Assembly: GCA_036149055.1 (NCBI GenBank)
Contig: JAYZQJ010000083.1
Coordinates: forward strand, 1-48,882
Direction of reading: 5' to 3'
From: Myxococcota bacterium
Lineage (GTDB): Bacteria > Myxococcota_A > Polyangia > Polyangiales > Sandaracinaceae
Length of the DNA: 48,882 bases
Under the pieces are notes generated by a model. That model saw only the letters and a program-made list of their open reading frames with translations. It did no database searches and was not told the origin of the DNA. Within the stretch, counting starts at the first letter, position 1. The number at the start of each line of letters is the position of its first letter. Of this stretch, positions 31,087 to 40,818 are shown one piece after another. The position numbers and the translations under genes are program-made.

Positions 31087-32351
31087 CGCCAGCCGAGCGT
31101 CAGCGCGCGGGCCACGAGCAAGGTGAGCATCGCCCACCACACGCCGACGAGGCCCCAGCCGAGGGGGAGCACGAGGGCGAGCACGGCGGCCGCGGCGAGC
31201 GCGCTGAGGATCATCTGGACCGCGAGGAAGCGGAAGTCCTGCGCGCCCTGGAAGAGGCCGTCCCACACGAAGACCACGGCGCCGACCGGCTGGCTGACCA
31301 CCACGAAGAGGTAGACGTCGCCGATCCGCGCGAGCACCTCGGCGTCGTCGGTGAAGAGGCGGGGCAGGGGGTCGGCGAGCAGGGCGAAGAGCGCCGCGAG
31401 CGCCACCCCGAGGCCGAGGCCCCACCCGAGGAGCAGGTTCGCGACCGCGCGGGCCTCGGCGCGATCTCGTCGTCCGAGCGCTCGGCCGACCATCGCCTGC
31501 CCGGCCACCGCGAGCGCGTCCAGGACGAGCGAGAGGAAGAGCCAGACTTGGGCGGCGACCTGATGGGCCGCGACGTCGAGGGTGCCCAGCCGGGCGGCGA
31601 CCGCGGTGGCGTAGGTGAAGACGAGGAGGAGCGAGAGCGTGCGGGCGGCGAGCGCGCCCCCGATCCGCGCCAGGTGGACGACGTCGGCCAGCCGGGGCCA
31701 GGCGCGCTCCACGCCGAGGGCCTCCCGCCGCCCGACGAGGAGCAGCCACACGAAGGCGATCGCCCCGGCCCACTGCGCGACCGTGGTGGCCCAGGCCGCG
31801 CCCGCGATGCCCCAGCCGAGCCCGAAGATGAGGAGCGGGTCGAGGGCGAGGTTGACCAGGTTGAGCCCGAGCGTGACCCAGAACGGGGTGCGGGTGTCCT
31901 GGTAGCCGCGGAAGACGCCGTGGCCGACGGTGACGAGCAGCACGGCCGGGGCGGCGAGGGCGCGGACTCGCAGGTAGGCGAGGGCCGGCGCCCGGAGCGC
32001 GCCGTCGGCGCCCATGACCGAGAGGATCGGCTCGGCCAGCGCCTCGAGCACCAGCGCGGCGCCGAGCCCGGCGAGGACGGCCAGGGTCAGCGCGCTGGTG
32101 ACGACCCGGCTGGCCCCGGCCCGATCCTCTCGCCCCACCGCGTCGGCGACCAGCGGCGTGGTCCCGGTCGCGAGGAAATTGAAGACGAAGAAGGCGAGCC
32201 CGAAGACGCTGGAGCAGACCCCGAGCGCGCCCAGCTCGCCCGGGCCGAGCCGGCCGACGAAGGCGGTGTCGACGAGCGACACGAGGGGGTCGGCGGCCAG
32301 CGCCCCGAGCGCCGGGATCGCGAGCCCCAGCGCGGTGCGGGCGCGGCTCAC
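31050..32351 (-). CDS. MATE family efflux transporter (DinF-like)
   Basis: LAIPALGALAADPLVSLVDTAFVGRLG, FRGYQDTRTP, AAHQV, DALAVAGQ; about 12 TM helices. Confidence 0.92.
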   Translation of the reverse strand: MSRARTALGLAIPALGALAADPLVSLVDTAFVGRLGPGELGALGVCSSVFGLAFFVFNFLATGTTPLVADAVGREDRAGASRVVTSALTLAVLAGLGAALVLEALAEPILSVMGADGALRAPALAYLRVRALAAPAVLLVTVGHGVFRGYQDTRTPFWVTLGLNLVNLALDPLLIFGLGWGIAGAAWATTVAQWAGAIAFVWLLLVGRREALGVERAWPRLADVVHLARIGGALAARTLSLLLVFTYATAVAARLGTLDVAAHQVAAQVWLFLSLVLDALAVAGQAMVGRALGRRDRAEARAVANLLLGWGLGLGVALAALFALLADPLPRLFTDDAEVLARIGDVYLFVVVSQPVGAVVFVWDGLFQGAQDFRFLAVQMILSALAAAAVLALVLPLGWGLVGVWWAMLTLLVARALTLGWRYWLGGGPLAAP

Positions 32352-32396
32352 CGCCCCGGCTTGGCACCGGCGGTCGCCCTCGACAAGCGCTCCCCG

Positions 32397-32513
32397 TCAG
32401 CAGATCAGGAAGTGGGCGGCCCAGCCGAGCCCGAGGGTGACCAGCGTGATCACCACGAGGTCGAAGAAGACCTCCACCAGCGCGTCGCGCGCTCTCGCTC
32501 GAGGGCCGCTCAT
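32397..32513 (-). CDS. Possible 38-aa single-TM membrane peptide
   Basis: MSGPRARARDALVEVFFDLVVITLVTLGLGWAAHFLIC; GC3-rich codons; fills the intergenic gap. Confidence 0.45.
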   Translation of the reverse strand: MSGPRARARDALVEVFFDLVVITLVTLGLGWAAHFLIC

Positions 32514-32652
32514 CGGGAGCCTCGAACGCCGGGGGAGGGGGGCGTATTCCCGGCTTGAGGTCGGAGGCGCCGCGGCTAGGATCCCCGTCCCGACCCAGGG
32601 ATCCACGCCGCATGCCGTCGCCACACCAAGCCCGACCGCCGGGATCCGGCGC

Positions 32653-35600
32653 ATGACCGGTGGCGCCAGCCCGGCGCCGCGGGCGTTCCTCGCGGGCGGG
32701 GGCGAGATGGGCGAGCGGATTCGGGCCTTCGACTGGTCCGACAACCCGCTCGGACCGCCCGAGGGCTGGCCTCGGAGCCTCGAGACCGCCGTCCGGATCA
32801 TGCTGACCTCGCGGCAGCCGATCTGGGTCGGCTGGGGCCCCTCGCTCGTCTACCTCTACAACGATCCGTACCGCGCGATCGTCGGCGGCAAGCACCCCGA
32901 GGCGCTCGGGCGGCCGCTCGAGGAGGTGTGGGCGGAGCTCTGGCCCGACATCGAGCCGATGCTGACGAAGGTGCTCGCCGACGACGAGGGCATCTACGCC
33001 GAGTCCCAGCTCCTCATCATGGAGCGGCACGGGTACCGCGAGGAGACCTACTACACCTTCTCGTTCAGCCCGATCCCGGGCGACGACGGCCGGGCCGGCG
33101 GGATCATCTGCGCGAACACCGACGACACGCGGCGCGTGATCGGGGAGCGGCAGCTCGCGCTGCTGAGGGAGCTGGCCGCGAAGACCGCGGACGTGCGCAC
33201 CTGGGAGGGCGCGTGCGCGCGGAGCGTGGAGGCGCTCGCCTCGAACCCCCGGGACCTGCCGTTCGCGGCGCTCTACCTCTCCGAGCCGGACGGGAGCGTG
33301 ATGACCCTGGCCGGGACGGCGGGCGTCGACGGGCACGAGGCGGTGCCCGATCGCATCGCCCCGGCCGACGGCGCGCCCTGGCCGGTGTTCGAGGCGGCGC
33401 GCTCGCGGCAGATCGTCGCCCGCGAGGACCTCGAGGGCCTCCCGGCGCTCCCGACCGGCGCGTGGGACGAGGCGCCGCGCGGCGTCGCGATCGTCCCGAT
33501 CACGGCGAGCGGCGACGCCGGGCGGCCGGGGGCGCTCGTGGTCGGGCTCAACCCCCACCGGCTGCTCGACGACGGCTACCGGAACTTCCTGACCCTGGTC
33601 GCCGGCCAGATCGCCGCGTGCCTCGGGGCGGCGCAGGCCTACGAGGAGGAGCGGCGGCGGGCGGAGGAGCTCGCGGCCCTCTACGAGGCCAAGACCGCGT
33701 TCTTCTCGAACGTCAGCCACGAATTCCGGACGCCGCTGACCCTGATGCTCGGCCCGGTCGAGGACATGCTCGAGCGGCGGCACACCGAGCTCGCGCCGGC
33801 CACCACCGCGCAGCTCGAGGTGGTGCACCGCAACGGGCTCCGCCTGCTCAAGCTCGTCAACACGATGCTCGACTTCTCGCGCATCGAGGCCGGCCGGATG
33901 CAGGCGCGCTTCGAGCCGGTCGAGCTCGGCGCGCTCACCGCGGACCTCGCGAGCGTGTTCCGGGCGGCGGTGGAGCGGGCCGGGATGACGCTCGAGGTCT
34001 CCTGCCCGCCGCTCTCCGGCCCCGTGCACGTCGACCGCGACATGTGGGAGAAGGTCGTGCTCAACCTCCTGAGCAACGCCTTCAAGTTCACCCTCGAGGG
34101 CGAGATCGCGGTGCGCCTCGAGGAGGTGGACGGCGCGGTCCGGCTGACCGTGCGGGACACCGGCGTCGGCATCCCGCCCGAGGAGCTGCCGCGGGTCTTC
34201 GACCGCTTCCACCGCGTCGTCGATCCGCGCGGCCGGAGTCACGAGGGGACGGGCATCGGGCTCTCGCTGGTGCGCGAGCTGGTGCGGCTGCACGGCGGCG
34301 AGGTCGGCGTGGAGAGCGAGGTCGGGGCCGGCACCCGCTTCGAGGTCACCGTCCCCTTCGGCGTCGCGCACCTCCCCGCCGATCAGGTCCGGCGGGAGGC
34401 GACCGAGCGAGCCCTGCCGGGGCGCTCGAACCCCTTCGTGGAGGAGGCCCTCTGCTGGCTGCCGGACGGGGATCCGAGGGGCGGCGACGCCTGGGCGCGC
34501 GACGCGCGAGAGCGGGCCATCCCGGAGGCGCGGGCGCCGCAGGAGACCTCGCCCGCGCGGGTCCTCCTCGCCGACGACAACGCCGACATGCGCGAGTACA
34601 TCGAGCGCCTGCTGTCCGAGCGCTTCGTGGTCGAGGCGGTCGACGATGGGCAGGCGGCGCTCGAGGCGGCGCGGGCCCGGCGCCCGGACCTCGTGCTGAG
34701 CGACGTGATGATGCCGAAGCTGGACGGCTTCGGGCTGCTCCGCGCGCTCCGGAGCGATCCCGCGCTCGGGTCGATCCCGGTGATCCTGCTCTCCGCCCGG
34801 GCGGGTGAGGAGGCCCGGGTCGAGGGCATGGAGGCCGGCGCCGACGACTACCTCATCAAGCCGTTCACCGCGCGGGAGCTGGTCGCGCGGGTCACGGCGC
34901 ACGTGGAGATGGCGCGGGCGCGGCGCGAGGCGAACCGCGAGATGCGCGAGCAGCAGGAGCGCCTCCGCATCGCCCTGGAGACCGGCCGGCTCGGCGCGTT
35001 CGACCTCGACCTCGCCAACGGGGAGCTGACGACGACGGCGCTCTTCGAGGACACCTTCGGGCTCGAGGGCGGGGACCTCGATCGCGTCTTCGAGGTGGTG
35101 CACCCGGGCGACCGGGAGCGCTTCCGGGAGGCGATGGAGCGGGCGGTGCGAGACGGCGTCGACTACGACGTCGAGCTGCGGCTCCTCCGCCCGGGGGAGT
35201 CGAGCCCGCGCTGGGTGATCACGCGCGGGCGCGCGCTCCACGACGCGGAGGGCGGCGCGACCCGGCTGCTCGGGGTGACGCTGGACATCACCGAGCGCAA
35301 GCAGGTGGAGGAGGCGCTGCGCGCGTCCGAGCAGCGCTTCCGGACGATGGCGGACACGGCGCCCGCCATGCTCTGGATCACCGAGCCCGACGGCTCCTGC
35401 AGCTTCCTCTCGCGCGGCTGGTACGAGCACACCGGACAGACCGAGGCGCACGCGCTCGGCTTCGGCTGGCTCGACGCGGTGCACCCCGACGACCGCGCGC
35501 GCTCGGGAGAGATCTTTCGCGACGCCAACGCCCGGCGGATCCCCTTCGCTCTGGACTACCGGCTCCGCAGCGCGGACGGGATCTACCGCTGGGCCATCGA

Positions 35601-36792
35601 CGCGGGGCGGCCGCGCTTCTCCGCCGACGGCGCCTTCCTCGGCTTCATCGGCTCGGTGATCGACGTGCACGAGCGCAAGGAGGCCGAGGAGGCGCTGCGC
35701 GAGGGCGATCGCCGCAAGGACGAGTTCCTCGCGACCCTGGCCCACGAGCTCCGCAACCCGCTCGCGCCGATGCGCACCGCGCTCTCGGTGATGGACGCGG
35801 CGGAGGGGGATGGCGAGACCACCGCCCGGGCCCGGGCCACGCTGGAGCGCCAGCTCGTGCACATGGTGCGGCTCATCGACGACCTGCTCGACGTGAGCCG
35901 GATCAGCCGCGGCAAGCTGCAGCTCCGCAAGGAGCGCGTCGATCTGGTGGCGCTGGCCGAGGAGGCGCTCGAGACGGCGCGTCCCCTGTGCGCGCAGGCC
36001 GAGCAGACCCTCTCGCACGCGCTCTCCGCCGAGCCCCTCCCCGCGTTCGCCGACCCGACCCGCGTCGTCCAGATCCTCGGCAACCTGCTCTCCAACGCCT
36101 GCAAGTACACGCCGCGCGGCGGCAGCGTCCGGCTCGAGCTGACGCGGGAGGGCGACGAGGCGGTGGCGCGCGTGATCGACGACGGGGTCGGCCTGACGCC
36201 CGAGCAGCGGGAGCTCATCTTCGACATGTTCGCCCAGGTCGACGTCGACGGCCCCGGCGGGCTCCGCAGCGGGCTCGGCATCGGCCTGACGCTCGTGCGG
36301 AGCCTGGTCGAGATGCACGACGGCACCATCGAGGTGGAGAGCGAGGGGCTCGGGCGCGGGAGCACCTTCACCGTGCGCGTCCCGGCGGCGGAGCCCGCGC
36401 GCGCGGCGCTCGAGCCGTCGAGACCGTCGCCCGCGCGAGGGGCGCCGCGGCAGATCCTGGTGGTGGACGACAACGAGGACGCGGCCGAGATGCTCGAGGT
36501 GCTGCTCCGGCGGCGGGGGCACTCCGTCCGCGTCGTGCACGACGGGCTCGAGGCGGTGCGCGCGGCCGGGGCCTATCGCCCGGAGGTCATCCTGCTGGAC
36601 ATCGGCCTGCCCGCGATCGACGGCTACGAGGCCTGCCGGCGCATCCGGTCCGAGGCCTGGGGCCGGGACATGCTCGTGATCGCGCTGACCGGCTGGGGCC
36701 AGGCCGAGGATCGTCGCAAGTCCGCCGAGGCGGGCTTCGACCATCACCTGGTCAAGCCCGTCGACGTCGCGCGGCTCGAGGCGCTCCTATAG
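32653..36792 (+). CDS. Large cytoplasmic hybrid kinase: PAS-GAF-HisKA-HATPase-REC-PAS-PAS-HisKA-HATPase-REC
   Basis: GGEMG..IRAFDWS..PLG..E.WP N-terminus; SHEFRTPL and AHELRNPL; receivers ADDNAD..SDVMMP and VDDNED..LDIGLP. Confidence 0.93.
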   Translation: MTGGASPAPRAFLAGGGEMGERIRAFDWSDNPLGPPEGWPRSLETAVRIMLTSRQPIWVGWGPSLVYLYNDPYRAIVGGKHPEALGRPLEEVWAELWPDIEPMLTKVLADDEGIYAESQLLIMERHGYREETYYTFSFSPIPGDDGRAGGIICANTDDTRRVIGERQLALLRELAAKTADVRTWEGACARSVEALASNPRDLPFAALYLSEPDGSVMTLAGTAGVDGHEAVPDRIAPADGAPWPVFEAARSRQIVAREDLEGLPALPTGAWDEAPRGVAIVPITASGDAGRPGALVVGLNPHRLLDDGYRNFLTLVAGQIAACLGAAQAYEEERRRAEELAALYEAKTAFFSNVSHEFRTPLTLMLGPVEDMLERRHTELAPATTAQLEVVHRNGLRLLKLVNTMLDFSRIEAGRMQARFEPVELGALTADLASVFRAAVERAGMTLEVSCPPLSGPVHVDRDMWEKVVLNLLSNAFKFTLEGEIAVRLEEVDGAVRLTVRDTGVGIPPEELPRVFDRFHRVVDPRGRSHEGTGIGLSLVRELVRLHGGEVGVESEVGAGTRFEVTVPFGVAHLPADQVRREATERALPGRSNPFVEEALCWLPDGDPRGGDAWARDARERAIPEARAPQETSPARVLLADDNADMREYIERLLSERFVVEAVDDGQAALEAARARRPDLVLSDVMMPKLDGFGLLRALRSDPALGSIPVILLSARAGEEARVEGMEAGADDYLIKPFTARELVARVTAHVEMARARREANREMREQQERLRIALETGRLGAFDLDLANGELTTTALFEDTFGLEGGDLDRVFEVVHPGDRERFREAMERAVRDGVDYDVELRLLRPGESSPRWVITRGRALHDAEGGATRLLGVTLDITERKQVEEALRASEQRFRTMADTAPAMLWITEPDGSCSFLSRGWYEHTGQTEAHALGFGWLDAVHPDDRARSGEIFRDANARRIPFALDYRLRSADGIYRWAIDAGRPRFSADGAFLGFIGSVIDVHERKEAEEALREGDRRKDEFLATLAHELRNPLAPMRTALSVMDAAEGDGETTARARATLERQLVHMVRLIDDLLDVSRISRGKLQLRKERVDLVALAEEALETARPLCAQAEQTLSHALSAEPLPAFADPTRVVQILGNLLSNACKYTPRGGSVRLELTREGDEAVARVIDDGVGLTPEQRELIFDMFAQVDVDGPGGLRSGLGIGLTLVRSLVEMHDGTIEVESEGLGRGSTFTVRVPAAEPARAALEPSRPSPARGAPRQILVVDDNEDAAEMLEVLLRRRGHSVRVVHDGLEAVRAAGAYRPEVILLDIGLPAIDGYEACRRIRSEAWGRDMLVIALTGWGQAEDRRKSAEAGFDHHLVKPVDVARLEALL

Positions 36793-37479
36793 GAAGCTGG
36801 GGATCAGCGCGCGGACGCGCTTGAAGCCCGGCTGGAACAGGTGCGTGCGGACGGCGCTCGCCGCGCTCCCGACGCCGCGGGGCAGCGCGCGGAACTCGAT
36901 GTTGAGGTGGTCGTCGTCCGACTGGATGCCGTGCAGGGTGACGAGCGGGGTCACCACGCTGAGCGCCTGACGGATCACCGGGTTGTCGCCGATCTTCGGC
37001 TCGCGCATCAGGTCGATGGACAGCTTGTTGTCCTTCGCCTCCACGATGACCGGCGGCAGGTCCATGTACTTCGCGAGCTCGCCCGGCTTGCTCAGGTCGA
37101 GCGCGCCGGAGCGGAGCAGCGCGGCGACGGGGGTGTGGCTCTCGCCGATCACCTCCATCCAGATCTCCTCGAGGCGGACGTCGAGGCGGATCTGATCCGG
37201 GTCGAGGCTGACGCGGTCGATGTAGACCACCGCCGACGCCCGGACCGGCGTCTTCATCAGGTCGACGCTCGCGGTGACGCGGAGCCCCGGCGGGACCTCG
37301 GTGATCACCGGGTCCTCGATCTTGCCGCCCTTGGCGGCCTGCTCCATCAGCCAGCGCAGCGCGTCCACCGGCAGCCCGGCCCGCAGGCCGAGGAGGTTGC
37401 GAATGGCGCGGGAGATCTCCCCCGGGTGGCGCCGGAGGTAACCCGACGCAGCGCTCAGAGCCCTGGATGCGATGGACAT
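36787..37479 (-). CDS. Hypothetical protein (start may be 37500)
   Basis: About 230 aa with strong GC3 bias and globular composition; no motif recognised. Confidence 0.75.
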   Translation of the reverse strand: MSIASRALSAASGYLRRHPGEISRAIRNLLGLRAGLPVDALRWLMEQAAKGGKIEDPVITEVPPGLRVTASVDLMKTPVRASAVVYIDRVSLDPDQIRLDVRLEEIWMEVIGESHTPVAALLRSGALDLSKPGELAKYMDLPPVIVEAKDNKLSIDLMREPKIGDNPVIRQALSVVTPLVTLHGIQSDDDHLNIEFRALPRGVGSAASAVRTHLFQPGFKRVRALIPSFL

Positions 37480-37676
37480 GGGTGACGGAGCATAGCTCAA
37501 GGTCCCCGCTTTGGGATCCGAAGTGTTTCCGTTGCGTTTCGCCCCGCGCAGGACGACGCCCCTCCAGTCTGCGTCCGCGCCGCCGTTTCGGGGCCTCTGG
37601 AGGTCGCGGGCGGCGACCGTGACGCGTTCGGTCGGCAGCCAGGAGGGCTCGACGCCGGGCCACCCCGGGAGAACCG

Positions 37677-39749
37677 ATGCGTCCCCTGCGCCCGCTCGCG
37701 CTCGCCTTCTTGCTCGCCGGCTGTCACGCCTCCACCACCCCCGCGGATCCGGGCTTCGACCCCGCCGCCGCGGAGTCGGGGCTCTTCGAGGTCGGCGAGG
37801 CGGTCGCGCCCTTCGCCGACGCGGTCACCCGCGCCCGCGTCGTCCGGCTGACCGGCGACCTCGGAGAGGGGGCGCGCAGCCCGCTCGAGGGCGCGCCGCG
37901 CGCGCACCTGCGGCTCAACCTCTTCGCCGACGCGGTGTTCGACGCGCGCCTCGTCCGCATGCGCCATGAAGGCGACGCGATCGTCTGGGAGGGGGAGGTC
38001 CTCGGAGACGCGGGCGGCACGGTGACGCTCGCGATCGACGGCGCGTCCGTGGCGGGGACGGTGCGCGCGCACGGGCGGCTCTTCTCGATCCTCCCGCGCG
38101 GAGGCCGGACGCTCGCGGTGGAGTGGGACGAGACGGCGGCCCCGCGCGATCACGATCCGGTGATGCCGCGCGCCCCGTCGCCTTCCTTTCGGGTGCCCGC
38201 GCGGCCCACCGCCTCCGCCGATCCCGCGCCGGTCGTCGACGTGCTCGTCGTCTACTCCGACGCCGCCGCCGCGGGCGCCGGGTCGACGGCCGATCTCCGG
38301 GCGACGGTGGAGCTGGCCGCGGCCGAGGCCAACCGCGCCTTCGAGGACAGCGGCGTGCCCGGCCGGATCGCGCTGGTCGGCTTCGAGCCGGTGTCCTTCG
38401 ACGAGGCGGGCTTCGACTTCGAGCGCGCGCTCGGCCAGCTCGCCACCCCGGGCGACGGCGCGCTCGACGAGGTGCAGGCGATGCGCGACGCGGCCCACGC
38501 CGACCACGTGGTCTTCGTCATCGACCACGCCGGCCCCTACGCCGGCATCGGCTACCAGCTCACCGCCGGCAACGCCCCGTACTTCTCCACCGCGGCGTAC
38601 TCGATCGTCTCCCGGGACTACGCGGCCGGCCACTACACCTTCGCGCACGAGCTCGGGCACAACCTCGGCGCCAACCACGACCCCGACCACGCCACCGCGG
38701 GCTGGCGAGAGGACAGCCGCGGTCACCAGGACGCGGTCCACGAGTTCCGCACCGTGATGGCCTACGCCTGCGACACCTGGTGCGGCCGGGTGGGGCGCTT
38801 CAGCGCGCCGAACCTCTCGCACGCGGGCCAGCCGACCGGGGTGCTCGGCGTGTCCGACAACGCGCGGACGCTGCAGGAGACGATGGGCGTGAGCGCCGGC
38901 TACCGCGAGCGCCCGGCGCCGCCGCCCGCCTTCGCCACGATCCGGGAGCCGGCCGAGGGCGCCACCCTGCCCGGCGCCGAGGCCCGCTTCGCCTGGGACG
39001 ACGTCGGCGCGGACGCGCACTACCTCATGCTCGGCGCCTCGCCGGGCGACGACCGCTACCACCGGGCGCACCTCGGGGCCGGGACCACCGCCCACGTCGC
39101 GACCGGGCTCCCGACCGGCGGCGAGGCGGTCTTCGCGCGCCTCTGGACCCTGAAGGACGGCGCCTGGCGCTTCAGCGATCACGGGTTCGTCGCGCACCGC
39201 GGCGCCTTCACCGGAGCCCGCCTCGGCCTGCCCGCCGCCGGCTCGACCCTCGGCACCACCTGGACCTGGTTCGGGTGGCGCGAGGTCGCGGGCGCGCGCG
39301 GCTACCGGCTCGAGGTCGGCACCGCGTCCGAGCCGGGCCGCTACTTCGACGCGCACGTCGGCGTCGAGACCTTCGCGCTGGTCGCGGGCCTGCCGAGCGA
39401 CGGCTCGCCGATCGCGGTGCGCCTCTCGACCGAGGGGCCGAGCGGCTGGGTCACCACCGCCTCCACCCTCACCGCCTGGAGCGCGCCGCCGCACGCGAGC
39501 GTCATCCTCTCGCCCGCGTCCGGCAGCGTCGTCGGCGGCGACGTCACGTTCGAGGTGAGCGAGACGGCGGCCGACGCGCGCTGGCTCGTGGTGCGCGACG
39601 CCCGGAGCCTGCTCGCCGTGCTCCCGATCACCGGCCGCTCGGTCCACGTCACCGGCCTGCCCACCGACGGCCGCCCGCTGGTCGCGCAGGTCTACTCGCT
39701 CGGCACCGATGGCTGGGTCTCGACCACCGCGAGCTACCGGACCCGCTGA
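37677..39749 (+). CDS. Reprolysin-like (M12B-type metzincin) zinc metalloprotease lipoprotein with three C-terminal repeated domains
   Basis: Lipobox LAGC; VDVLVVY; HELGHNLGANH; Met-turn RTVMAY; three GLP(T/S)xG repeats. Confidence 0.9.
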   Translation: MRPLRPLALAFLLAGCHASTTPADPGFDPAAAESGLFEVGEAVAPFADAVTRARVVRLTGDLGEGARSPLEGAPRAHLRLNLFADAVFDARLVRMRHEGDAIVWEGEVLGDAGGTVTLAIDGASVAGTVRAHGRLFSILPRGGRTLAVEWDETAAPRDHDPVMPRAPSPSFRVPARPTASADPAPVVDVLVVYSDAAAAGAGSTADLRATVELAAAEANRAFEDSGVPGRIALVGFEPVSFDEAGFDFERALGQLATPGDGALDEVQAMRDAAHADHVVFVIDHAGPYAGIGYQLTAGNAPYFSTAAYSIVSRDYAAGHYTFAHELGHNLGANHDPDHATAGWREDSRGHQDAVHEFRTVMAYACDTWCGRVGRFSAPNLSHAGQPTGVLGVSDNARTLQETMGVSAGYRERPAPPPAFATIREPAEGATLPGAEARFAWDDVGADAHYLMLGASPGDDRYHRAHLGAGTTAHVATGLPTGGEAVFARLWTLKDGAWRFSDHGFVAHRGAFTGARLGLPAAGSTLGTTWTWFGWREVAGARGYRLEVGTASEPGRYFDAHVGVETFALVAGLPSDGSPIAVRLSTEGPSGWVTTASTLTAWSAPPHASVILSPASGSVVGGDVTFEVSETAADARWLVVRDARSLLAVLPITGRSVHVTGLPTDGRPLVAQVYSLGTDGWVSTTASYRTR

Positions 39750-40726
39750 CGGCGCAGGCCGAAGGCGAGCGCGACGGCGAGGAGCGGGAGCGCCCAGGTC
39801 GCCGGGCGGGTGGGGCTCACGCTGCAGCCGCCGGCCGACGGGAGCGGCTCGCCGGCCGGGTGACACGCGCCCTGAGGGCCGATGATGCCGCTCGGGCAGT
39901 CGGCGAGAGGATCGTAGGGCGGCGGCGCGTCGCAGCGGAGGTCGATCGTGATCGGGTTCGAGTCGAGGACCACCTCCGTGCCGGGGATGGACGCGCGGAG
40001 CACGACCGTGTGCACGCCCTCGCTCACGCCCTCGCTCGAGGCCCCGGCGGGCACCTCGCCACACGCCGCGTAGACGCGGTCGTTGGCCGGGCCGCGCCAG
40101 GAGAAGCGCGCGTCGTGCTGCACGTCGGCGGGGAGGCCGTAGTAGCCCTCGGGGTTGATGGTGCCGCGCGGCGCGTAGCGCTCGCCGTCCACGTAGGTCT
40201 CCCAGACGAGCAGGTCGTGCCAGGGCTCGAGCGCGTCGTCGCCGTCCACCCAGACGTCGGCGTAGGCCGCGTCGACGCCGCCGTAGCAGCTCCCGTCCCA
40301 GGCGGGGATCGGCAGCTCGGTCTGGCCGGTCGCGAACACCCGGCCGCGGCCGAGCGTCTCGGGCAGCGCCGCCGCTGGCCCGACCCGGAAGTCGACCTCC
40401 TGGGTCTCGCACTCGCGGACGGCGCGGACCTGATAGAGGGCGCCTTCGACGAAGCCCGCCGCCGGCACGAGCAGCTCGCCCTCGAGCCGCGCGTCTTGCT
40501 GGATCAGCTCGCCGTCGACGTCCATCCAGAGCTCGACCGTCGGCGTGACCTCGCCGACGAGCGACAGATCCACCCACACCCCCGGGGCGCTGGCCGGGAC
40601 CGACGCGCCCGGCTCGAGCCAGAGGCGGGGGCCGGGGCAGTAGGCGGCGCTGCACGCGGAGGCGGTCCGCGGCGCGGCCGAGGCGAGGAGGGCGAGGAGC
40701 AGGGCGGTGAGGAGACGTCGCGGCAT
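39734..40726 (-). CDS. Secreted protein with a MYXO-CTERM-type sorting tail
   Basis: Signal peptide ...TASACS; C-terminus GGCSVSPTRPATWALPLLAVALAFGLRRQRVR. Confidence 0.8.
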   Translation of the reverse strand: MPRRLLTALLLALLASAAPRTASACSAAYCPGPRLWLEPGASVPASAPGVWVDLSLVGEVTPTVELWMDVDGELIQQDARLEGELLVPAAGFVEGALYQVRAVRECETQEVDFRVGPAAALPETLGRGRVFATGQTELPIPAWDGSCYGGVDAAYADVWVDGDDALEPWHDLLVWETYVDGERYAPRGTINPEGYYGLPADVQHDARFSWRGPANDRVYAACGEVPAGASSEGVSEGVHTVVLRASIPGTEVVLDSNPITIDLRCDAPPPYDPLADCPSGIIGPQGACHPAGEPLPSAGGCSVSPTRPATWALPLLAVALAFGLRRQRVR

Positions 40727-40744
40727 GGGCCCCCCCATCGCATG

Positions 40745-40812
40745 TGTCATGCCATGTCGATGTCACGAAATGACAGGGGAAAACCTGTGCCACATCTGAG
40801 CTCGTGGCACAG
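40745..40812. promoter_or_regulatory. Candidate operator region with two inverted repeats
   Basis: TGTCA-N5-TGACA (40761-40775) with extra TGTC half-sites at 40745 and 40755; CTGTGCCAC-N10-GTGGCACAG (40785-40812); relatively AT-rich intergenic DNA. Confidence 0.45.
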
Positions 40813-40818
40813 AGCGGG

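Noticed and set aside
32361..32378. TTGGCAC as a sigma-54 promoter
   Set aside because: No GC at the required -12 spacing
30598..36747. 2049-aa minus-strand ORF, and similar giants at 9283-13614, 22877-27070, 26950-30468 and 37497-40793
   Set aside because: Antisense or off-frame shadows of well-supported genes; Arg/Ala/Gly/Pro-rich with no motifs, as expected at this GC content
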